This document shows positions 35,263 to 46,200 of a stretch of DNA of 64,000 nt, in pieces (positions within the stretch are counted from its first letter, which is position 1; each line of letters opens with the position of its first letter). The notes below the pieces were generated by a model. It did no database searches. It saw only the letters and a program-made list of their open reading frames with translations, and had not been told where the DNA came from. The stretch is from Chlorokybus atmophyticus (lineage: Eukaryota > Plantae > Mesostigma and Chlorokybus algae), in assembly GCA_009103225.1 (NCBI GenBank), contig RHPI01000585.1, positions 285,061 to 349,060 on the forward strand. The letters are read 5' to 3'. A program made the position numbers and the translations under genes.

Positions 35263-38200
35263 TTAATACCCATTGTAATGAATCGAGCAGAGTAAGCACA
35301 GTCCATTGAGGGCTGTGCAAAAACAACCGGCCGCACTTGAGGTGGACTCCAGCTGCTGCACCCGTTTCAACAGACTGGCGTTGCGCTGATGGTACTCGTG
35401 AAGCACCGCATCGGTGGAGCGCCAACGGTTCTCTGCGTCTGCCGCCATGGTGGTCATCGATGCGTTTGATGCTGCCGCCTCCTTCTGCGCCTGAAGCAAC
35501 TGCCGGCGCAGACTGTCAACCTCCTCAGCATTGGATTTTGCTGCCAACTCCCTTTGCCGCCGCAGCTCCTCAGCACTGGATACCGCCGCCAACTCCCTTT
35601 GCTGCAGCTCCTCAGCATGGGCTTTTGCTGCCAACTCCCTTTGCTGCAGCTCCTGTAGCTGCTGCCGCAGCAGTTTGTCTTCACGGGTGAAGTTGTCAGC
35701 CAGCAGCCTACGCTGCCGGTGTGACTCCTCCAGATTGTTGAGAGCACGTTCAAGTTGCTTCTTGCGCATCTCATTGACGTTGCGCATGAAATCCTGCAAG
35801 ACCGTGTGATTGGTCTGTGCCCGCTCGTTGGCATCCTGCATTAGCAAAACAAGAAGTGAGTCCACACACTAGCCAGCAGAGCATTGCCAACATACATCAA
35901 ACTCTGTGACAGTCGTCAACGACCATTGAGGACTGTCAACAGTTTGTGCCCATGCGGGCGCAAAATGTATGCTGCAAGCCTTGTTGACAGCCCATGTTTT
36001 TATAAACTGTATCTTTATTGCAGATGCCAGGTTTTGCACGGCTTGCAACGCAGCGTCGAAGTCGGCGGCGTGCACGCTATCGGCTTCTCGTATCTTCACA
36101 AGCGCCTCGGGCTCAGCGCTGGGAGTCAGGTCCTGGGTGGCATTTTGCAGAGGTAGAGGCGGCCGGCCCTGTGGCGTACTTGGTGTTGGCGTATTCGCTG
36201 GTGGTGTCGGACCTGCGACAACTTTTCGCAGATGTTCTCCGAACGAAGAGCCTGATAGCTGCAAGGTTGATAGCTGCAAGTTTCTGGTAGGGGTGGACTG
36301 ACCAGTTGATGGCGTGGTTGATTGTGGAGTTCCTTCTGTGGCTGCTGGCAGTAACTGGCGCTGCTTTTTGGGCGGTGGTGGAGTAAGAGGAGGGGGATCT
36401 TCTGTTCTCCTGGCAGGTAGCTTGGGACTGTCAACACGTGGAGGGTCTGGGGCTTGCGTACTGGTGCCAGCTGGCGTACTAGTACCAGGGGGAGGTGCCG
36501 GTGGGCCATGGGGATTGTGAGGGGGAGGGGACGGTGGGCCATGGGGGTTGTGAGTGGGACTGTGAGGGGGACTGTCCTTTGGCCTGTCAGACCGCATGGG
36601 CCTTGGACCAGTGGTGGGTGGACGCATGTTGGCACGCCCGAGCCAAGTCCACAGGGGATGCGAATCAATCTCTATATCACTCATGGGGTTCACAGGTTCA
36701 GGCCTAGCAGGCATCGCCTGAGCCGCAGTGGAAGGCTCCGTCATGGCTTCCAATGCACGTGCTGCATTAGCCTCTTTGTCCAGCTCCCCCTTCTTCTCCT
36801 CGTGCTCGATTTGCTCGTCGACGATAACACGCAGCGTTATCGTCAACGAGCAGATCGAGCACGAGGAGCTTCTTTCGCCTTTTTGAAGAATAGCTGTTAT
36901 CTTCTTCTCCCAATGCTTTTCCCTTTCCTCTTGCTGCAGTTCAAGCGATACAGCCTGCCGGGTAAGAGCTTTCTCTCTGGCAGCCATGCCAAGTGTCTGA
37001 GCTTGGTGCGCCTCGACTGTCTTGGTGTAGATGGCGGCTATTTTCTCCTGCAAACAAAGGTCATAAGTTAGGGCTATGTGTGGAATGTTTGGTGACCTAC
37101 ATGGCAACGTACCCTGAGCACATTCTCTTGTGTAATCCGTAGCTCTAAGTCTCTAATGACTTCTTTGAGGTCGTCTACTTGTCTGTTTGCTGCCTCTTTC
37201 ATTTCATAGGCAGCGTCATGCACAGCTTTACAGAAGTGAACAGATATTTGGCGCTGGACATGACCTTCAGGGTCTATCTGTTGACAGATGTGCATACTCT
37301 ATTGGTTGTTGGCATGCAATCCGCGGTGCAGTTCACGAACTGCACGGCGATTTGCATGCCAACAACAGACTGTCAATGTACATGCCCTGCCTCTACAAGA
37401 ATACATAACTTGCCATTGATCTGGTGCGCTTCAGCTTGACAGCACGGGTGAGCAACCGCCTGGAATACGCCCTGGCACTCTCGCCCGGCTCCCTTGGCGC
37501 CTTGCTCGTTACCAGCCACATAGCGTCCTCCATGGCCAGCCCCCAGCCATATACAAACTTCTGCGCAACATCTTCCATTCTCCACAGTTGGGTCTGCAAC
37601 CAAAAGGCCGGTTAGTGTCCTGTAACAGATTGACAGTTTGCATTGATAGTCTGGCATTGACAGCTGCCTAACAAGCAAGCATGCATGCAACAATGCAACC
37701 ACTTACTTTGTCTGCCCATCAGGTGGCCCACGGAAAGGGTCATAGTCCAGTAGTAGCTCCTCTCTTGCCTGTATGTCCTTGATCGCATACACAGTGACAG
37801 CTGGCTTGCCAGCGTCGTCGAAGTCCGACCAGAGCATGGCGTTGGGCTCACGTTGTTGCTCGTGTACGGAATTGATGTAAGCTGCCACATTGCCAGTGCG
37901 GGGGTGGCCATCGACAATAACCTGATGTTTGTTGGGTTTTTTTTGCGGGAACAGGTTGACGTAATATCGTTTGTGGTATTGAAAGCCGGTTGTTAGCTGG
38001 CAACTGCGGAAGACATCCCGCTGCTCCTGGTATGTGAACCATTTGCCGTCGTATGGCATCAAGTACTCTTCTGCGAAGTTGCACACAGGTCATCGGTAAT
38101 AAGCACAGGTGTATGCACAAACACATCGCGTATACACGTGCACGCACCGTTCGCTATGTCCTAGCGGGCGGGAAACAGTCCAACACGAGTAGTTGTGGAG

Positions 38201-39542
38201 TCCTTGATCTCCCAGTTGTGCAGGTAATATTTGAACTCCTCTTCGACCGGAATGCTTGTGGATGCTTTCACATCCTTCAAATAGTTCAGCCGCCACAGCT
38301 GGTGCTTGTCTCCAGCTCCACGATAGATGAGCTTCAGGTTGGGAATCTCATTGTCAGTCTGTTTGAAGCAGTGGTCAGTTGCAATGCTTTGAGAGCCACA
38401 CAGATGACAGTCTTGCTTGACAGTCCTCAACACACATGACAGATGACAGTCTTGCTTGACAGTTCTCTAAGCGGGGGGCTGATGTCGTCCANTGCAACAT
38501 ATTCTTACCCTAAAAATATCGTCCGACAGGTTGGGTGGCTGTGTGGTGCCCGTGGAACTGTAGCGTTTTACTTCAAACCTCTGCATCTCTTGAAGAGCTG
38601 CACGGAACTCTTCTTTGGGATCGACCGCAGGTCCTTTGCCGCGTTGCTGTGCGGAGGATTTACGCAATGGTGGACTTGTTGAGACATCTGCAGTCTCCTC
38701 CGAGTCTGCCTCCTCGCTTCCTTCCGGCTCCTGTTGTTGTTGCTGTTGCTGTTGATGCTGCTGCTGCGCCTGCTCCGCTTGCTCCTCTTCCACCTCCAAC
38801 TGCGTATTGCGAGGCCAAAAGATATACTGCCTTGACAGCCGTCCCGCTTCGTCCCACAGTTCTTGCGTCTGTAACCTTGGGTAAGTAAGAATGCCGCGAT
38901 AATTGGTGTACAAATGCATCAACTCACCCATCCTGGGATGGCCATGACTTCTGCCATTTTGTAGTACTTCAGCACCGCGACATGTGGGTGAGGGTGGGCC
39001 GGGAATTGATCCTTCTGCAATACGCTGCTGGTGAGTTTCTCGTGCAATGGGACATGTCACGCAAATGTCAGTTGATAACTAGGCTGGTAGATAAAAATGC
39101 ATGCATAGCAAGTGACATGCACAGGATCCCAGCAGCGACTGTCAATGCGATGCGCTATGCGCCATAGCACATAGCATTGACAGCCCATGCATGTCGTAAA
39201 TAAATCTTGATTGTTGAACGTTCTGACCTTGATGGCTTGCTGATATTGAAGCCCCATAGCCTTGCACACATCCTGGTCCTTCCTACTGCCCCAGTTGTTG
39301 ATCATGCGCACGCATCGGCACACCAGCGTGTTGAAGTGCTGTCCGATTTTGGTGGGCTTGGTCTCTCCCCCGGTTGGTTGACCCCTTGCATCACGGTGAC
39401 CAGCTTGCACATTGCACATGCCAAACGGGCAACCCCAAATAACCGGCGCCTCTGTGGACGCCCGCTTTCGTTCCATGATGTCCAACTGCCTAGCAATCCT
39501 TCTCCTAGCGACTGTCTTGTACAACTCCTCACAGCTCCGCAC
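35263..39542 (-). CDS. Multi-exon SET-domain protein with C-terminal coiled-coil and Pro-rich regions (one in-frame TAG; may be a pseudogene)
   Basis: WEIKDSTTTRVGLFPAR*DIAN-E (intron 38071-38147, in phase) EYLMPYDGKWFT..GHPRTGNVAAYINS..EPNA..VYAIKDIQAREELLLDY covers SET motifs I-IV; the other exons match ORFs 39057-39542, 38467-39060, 37393-37599, 37074-37295, 35869-37050 and 35263-35850. Confidence 0.75.
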
Positions 39543-40219
39543 ACCTCTCCTCGCTTTACCCTGCGCCCTGAGCTACACCCACACCCACACCCACAACCAC
39601 AACCACCACAACCACAACAACAGCAAACTATACTAGCGAGACCATGCAACGGCTATATACGCTGCCAACCTCCCGTCCAATCTATAATGTCCCATCAATG
39701 ACATCCGCCAAGTTGGTGAGTCCCTAGCCCTAACACTGCTAACCCTTGACAGCCGCCTTGTAAATTCTACACAATTTGTTGCTAGCAGTGCGTTTGGCGT
39801 CGATTCGACGTCAAATAAATGACAACCCCAAATATATAAGGTGAGTGCAGGGATTGACAGCCGCGTCACTAGCTTTGTGAGTTCTATTAACTATGTCGCA
39901 CTGCATTTGGCACTGCACAATTGTGGCTTGTGCGGCGGTCATATTGCTTATGCAGCTCGTGCGACTGTCCGTATGAAACACAGTAGGACTTGACAGTCCT
40001 AGTGAATGAGTAGTGAGTTCGCTTGCGAGTTTGCATGCGCCCTGGTTGTGTGTTGCTTGAAAATTTGCACTAGTCGTTTGTGGTTTGCTGCTTGAGCTGT
40101 CAGCGCTTACCTGAAAGGTGTTTGTTTTGCTTTGAAGCTTGCATGCCTTGTTGATTGCGCGCTGAGTCACTGTCTGTGCACTAAGTTCGGTTGGTTGTTC
40201 AGGCTGTTCAACTGACATT

Positions 40220-43200
40220 ATGGCTACTTGGGAGGGCAGCGAACTGCCTGCTGTAGCTGATTGCTTCAGGGCCAAGGGCAACCATTTGCTGGGCAAGGTG
40301 ATAGGCCAGCAGTTGTTGATGAAGGAGGAGTACAAGCATATGCGCACAACGCTGATGGTCAACCTGGAGAAGCTGAAGAAGGAGATGTTAAGCAAGTGGC
40401 CACTACCTCAAGGTATGAAGGGCAAGGACTTCAAGATGAATGCCGAGCACCGGCAGGAGCTCGACGAAGTATGCGAGGCGGTCTTGCAGCAGTCACTTCC
40501 ACTGGTCTTTGACGCAAACCACACGCACACGTGGACAAAAGGTGAGCTGCTTTATTGGTGACATCTGCTATTTTACAGGAACTTGAATTCAGCTGTGTTG
40601 AAGTCAGCTTTCAAGCATGTCGTTTAGCTTTCAGTTCACTCACTGTCTGCTTAGCTGTCTTGCCGTTGATAGTCCTTGCCCTGGTTGCTATGTTTGTGCT
40701 TGTTGATTCATTGACCAATTGCGATATGCTGTCTTTGAGGCTGTCTTGTGCTAGATGCCATCTTGCAACAGCTGAAAATGCTGTATTGGAGCTGTCTTGC
40801 CATTGACAGTCCTTGCCGTTTGTACTTTGCTGTACTCTTATCTGCTTGTGTTGCAGCACAAATCAAGCGACATGTACTGGTGCTGCAGTACTCCGTTGGC
40901 GCGAAGTGTGGCAGTGGTACCAGGAAGAGCGTCCAAGAACGCAATGAGGCCAAGAAGCAAAGGCGTGCCAGCGACATGGAAGCTGCACAAGGCAGCCGCG
41001 CTGCTCAAGCTGGAGCTGGCTGGGGCATGACATTTGTCTGGGGAGGGACATGAGGGCCAACCAGCAGGTGGTCATGCTTGCGCCTTTAACCGCTCTTCCT
41101 CTCATAAACGCTCAGTACCGGGCCACTTGGCTAAAAGAGAGGTAAGCAACCATGGTGCTGTCGGTCGACTGTCGGTCCTGTTGTACTGTTTTGCTGAGCT
41201 GCTGCCTCCATGCTAGCTTAACACATGGTGCCTGCTACTCTGAATGCTACTCTGCGTGTCACGACATGGGTGCGGACGGATATGCTGAAGATCAGGTGTT
41301 CGACATTTGCAACAACGCAGTAGTTGTTGGCGTCGCCACCATTGATTCCGTATGCGAGCCAGACCAACCAATGCGCACGAATCTAGTCTCTGTTAACCGC
41401 TGGATGGCAATGAGAAATGAGGATGGCAACCTTGCCGTTAAACTACATGTGAAAGAAAGGCATTTTCTCTATTGCACGCCGACAAGCAGCTGCCATGGTG
41501 GGCGTACTCTGGAGGTACATTGCTTGCTGTGGATATGCACATGCTCCTGCTGTGACTGTATGGTGTAGTGCATGAGCATTTCTTGTGTTAAACACAACAA
41601 CATGCAGAGCAGGGAGATGGAGTGGCCCATGATGTTCTTGGCCAGCGGAGGCATCTGCCCCTGTGAGGCATGCACTAACGATGAGCGCATTGCGGTGCCG
41701 GGTTGCATCAAGGACCGGCTGCCTACGCCCGCAGCCAGGCACAGCACAGACATAGAGGTTAATAAGCGCTGTTGTTAGGCTGCTGTTGTCAGGAGAGAGG
41801 GTGTGCCCCTCCTCCCTTTAATCCCCTACCCCAACACCACCACCAGCCTCGCCGCCGCCGCCGCTACTGCCGGGGCAGATGCCAGAGCAAAAGATGCTCT
41901 GGCTATGGCGGCCGCTGCGTTAGCAGCGCCGCCATGCAGCTGATATCAACATGAGACTCATGTCTCATGTCGATATCAGTGTTATAGTTAAGTAACACTA
42001 CATTAGGGCCTTAACACTAGGTTAACGGCCCTAATAAGGCTTAATAGGCTGTATAATCCCGTTGGGACCCTTATCTAATCCTAAATAAGGGCGGGGAACC
42101 TCTATGGAGGTAGCACACCGTTACATTCCCCCCCACTTAGGTTTCAATGTCCTCATTGAAGGGTTAGCAAAGCCCCATCACGAGTCACAAAACGAAAGCA
42201 GTGAGAGAACCAGGGCCGAAGCGGTAAAGATGTCTGCCAGCACCCTTTTACCGTTCGCGTGTGGACACAGTACTCCAGTACCCCCGAAGAACCTCTTGGC
42301 AGTTGGTAAGATTCCTTTCGGGCTCCCATGTATTGTGTTCAACACCATACCCTTTCCATTTCACCAAGTAGGACGGCGCGCGTCCGCGTCGAGGCTTACG
42401 GTGACTTAGGATTGCTTCCACCTCATACTCAAATGTATTGTCACCATCCACTGCGACTGGGGGTGGAGGAGGTTGAACCCGACCGTCTGATCGGTACGGT
42501 TTCAGTACACTCACATGAAACACATTGTGAATTCGTATCGACATTGGTAAATCCAAACGATACGCGTGAGTGCCGACCCGATCAATCACTTTGAAAGGGC
42601 CTATCCAGCGAGGGAAAAACTTGCGGGTACCCACTCCCTTGATGGATACGTTTTTGGTACTTAAAAGCACCGAACAGCCCACATCGTAGTTGGCCTCTCT
42701 ACGATGCGCATCAGCTTGGGCTTTTTGTCTGTCTTGCGCTGCGCGCAGACAGTCTTTTGCCAACGCTAACCTATCCTGCATGGCCGAAGCCATCTCGCGC
42801 GCTGCAGGTACGCGAGTCACGTCAGTAGCGGGCAACTTAATGTTCGCAGGACTCAGTGGATGCACTCCGTAATTCAAGAAGAACGGAGTCTCCTGCACAC
42901 TCTCTTGCCATGCATTATTGATCGCAAATTCAGCCATTGGGAGATAAATATCCCAATCACTCTGATTCGGGCTCACATAATGCCGGATGGTTTCCTCAAT
43001 CACTTGATTGGCGCGTTCTGTTTGACCATCCGTCTGTGGATGGTAAGCAGTGCTCATGTTCTGCTGAATGTGTAAGAAGCTGCATAGCGACTTCCAAAAC
43101 TGAGCCACAAATCGCGGATCGCGATCTGACACGAAGTTGCGGGGCAAGCCATGCAACTTGAACACAGACGCGACAAAAACCATCGCCAACTCACGGGAGC

Positions 43201-46200
43201 CTATCTCCGTGCGACAAGGGACAATGTGGACCATTTTTGTTAAACGATCCACGAAAACTGCAACCGCAGTGTGACCTAATGCTGTCTCTGGGAGCTCAGT
43301 AATTAAGTCCATACTCACACTTTCCCATTTGCCATCAGGAACAGGCAAAGGTCGCAGCAACCCAGCGGGTTTCTGACGTAACGGCTTGTCACGCTGACAT
43401 TTGTCACAGGTGTCAACATAACGCTTTACGTCAACAGGCAACGATGGCCACCAGTACAGCTGTTGCGCTGCCTTGGTAGTCTTGCGATTTCCAAAGTGCC
43501 CAGCGTACGGTGGGTCGTGTACATCAGCTATGCATTGCATGCGTAGCCCAGCATGGTCAGGTATCACCAAGCTAGCACCCATATAATACAAGTTGTCTCG
43601 TGCTTCAAGCTGTTGTATATTCTCTTGCCGTGAGAACCATGGGTCTAAGGAATACCCATGCAAAACAGATTGCACAAATGCATCATTAGCGGGCAATGTA
43701 ACTTGCGTCGCAAGCAATTGCGCACGCATAACTGCCAATAATGACGGACAGCGACTTAAAGGATCTGCCACATTAGTTCTGCCAGGCCGATATACCCATT
43801 CAAAAGTAAATCGCGACAGAAACTCATTCCAGCGAGCTTGCCTACGTGACAAGGTCAGCTGCGTTGAGAAGTATACTAATGGGTTGTGATCAGTCACCAC
43901 TGTGAACTGAACTCCCTCTAAGTAACATCGCCAAGTTTCGAGAGCATGTACGACACCAAGCAACTCTTGCTCAGTAGTAGTGTAGTTTACCTCCGCTGGG
44001 ATAAACTTCCTACTTTCATAAGCACATGGTCTGCCGTCTTGCAGTAGTACTGCACCACACCCAAGGGTGGAAGCATCACTGACCACAGTGAAATGTTTAT
44101 CCCAATTTGGCAATGCCAATACTGGAGCTGAAGTTAATGCTAACTTCACTTGTTGCATAGCAGCTTCTTGGTCTGACGTCCAAGAAAATGGCGCGTCCTT
44201 TCGCAACAATTTAGTCAAGGGCATTACAACTGTAGAATAACCCATCATAAATTTGCGAAAATAATTTGCCAATCCCAAAAATGATCTCAGTTGATGAATA
44301 TTTTTGGGTTGAGGCCAATTCTTGACAACTTGCACCTTGCGAGGGTCAGGCTTTACACCCGCACCACTCACAACATGTCCCAAGAATGGTAACTCCGATT
44401 TGCAAAAGTCACATTTTGCAAGGCTGGCAAATAAATGATGCTTCCGCAACAAAGTAAACACCGCTTCTAAGTGTTGCTTATGTTCCTCTTTGGTTTTACT
44501 AAAGACAATAATGTCATCCAAGTAAACCATAACATACTTGCCAAGTATATTACCGAAAATTTTATTCATTTCCTTCTGAAACACAGCAGGCGCATTCGTC
44601 AATCCAAAGGGTAGCACTTTGTATTGATAATGGCCCGAAGGTGTTCTGAAAGCTGTCTTATAGACATCAGCGGAATGAATTCGGATCTGATGATATCCAC
44701 TTGTCAGGTCTAATGTACTGAAGTATGCATTACCTGATAGTTTATCAAACACGTCATCAATCCGTGGCAACGGGTATCGATTTTTCACCGTGATTTTGTT
44801 TAAAGCACGATAGTCCACACACATGCGCAATTTTCCATTCTTTTTCATCACAAATAGGATGGGTGCGCCAAAGGGTGAAGAACTTGGTTCAATCAATCCT
44901 TTTTCCAATAACTCCTTGATTTGTGTTTCCATTTCCCCCCTTTCTCTAGGGCTTAGCCTATATATTGGCCGAAAAGGAGGATCACTATCAGGAATTAATG
45001 GTATAGTGTGTCCGACACCTCGGTCAGGAGGCAAGCCCGGCAACTCATCTGAGAACACATCTTGATATTCCTCAATGAGGTCTGCCACACCTTCAGTACT
45101 ACCCGGCGCAATGTCATCTGATGAAGACAAATGTACCAGAAAAGCCGGTGTGTTTTTGCGCAACGCACGTTTCACCTGTAGTGCCGTGAGTAACGCAGGG
45201 TCGGGTTGCTTGAATTCCAAGCTATGCGACCCTTTCACAGACAATGTAATCCGCTTACCGCCTTTCTTTACTGTGCACAAGCGTGCACCCGTATCCAATG
45301 TCATTGTGACATTATTTTGCCATTCTTGGCCTAGTACCACATCAACACCAGATATGTTGATTGCTACTACTATAAAGGCAAGATTGGCATAATAATTACC
45401 AATTTTAACCTTCAATTTTACTTCTCCCGTCACTGGCAATGTACCCCCAGCACCGGCAGCCGAAAATGCTGAGGGTTTGCGCATGATTTTATTGCGCGCA
45501 ACCCATTGCTCGTCCACGAAGTTGTGTGTCGCACCAGTGTCAATCAAAAACGAGCTATTCACACCTTGCATTGTGCCACTGAATGTCCACAACAAAGGTA
45601 CCACTCGTCCTTGAAAGGTAGCCAAGAATCCGTGACTAATGCGGGGGTTGATTAATATTGCTGATAATCGAATTGTCCCAGTCTCGCGCTTGGTGAATTG
45701 TTTTAAAACAGTACCCCCTCGAGTATACTTCAACCATGGGCCATGATATTTTGGCACCATTGCTACCACACTCAGGGATCTGTGTTTACATTGCAATTCA
45801 CTCAATGTGTGCAACACGTCGGTAAGCATGTTAAATTTCACATGTACCAGTACACAAGTATTTGCTTCCACTGTTGCAACATCAAACAGTGGTAACTTGT
45901 GATGTGTTTGCCATGCATGCGTCATTACATGCATTTGAGACAGATTATCAAACCAGTTAACTGCTTGTATCTCAAGCAACTGACTATCAACCTTTGCTAC
46001 ATCAGCCACAGCGTAATCCTATTCAACCTTCTTGGCTTTGCCCTTCGCCTTCGTAGGACAGGCCTTTGCAACGTGACCCGGCTGATGGCAGATGAAACAG
46101 GTGCGAGCTGCAGTAGGTGCATTACCAGCAGACGTACCACCAATTCGAGGAGCGAATGTCTTCGCTTTCTTCGCCACATGTACACTCGGCGGAGGATAGC

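Noticed and set aside
35337-37071. Plus-strand ORFs antisense to the coiled-coil and Pro-rich exons
   Set aside because: They are shadow frames of GC-rich, low-complexity coding sequence on the minus strand.
38401-38491. Tandem ACAGATGACAGTCTTGCTTGACAG duplication as a special element
   Set aside because: It lies next to a single N and may be an assembly overlap; it also inflates the TGACAG count slightly.
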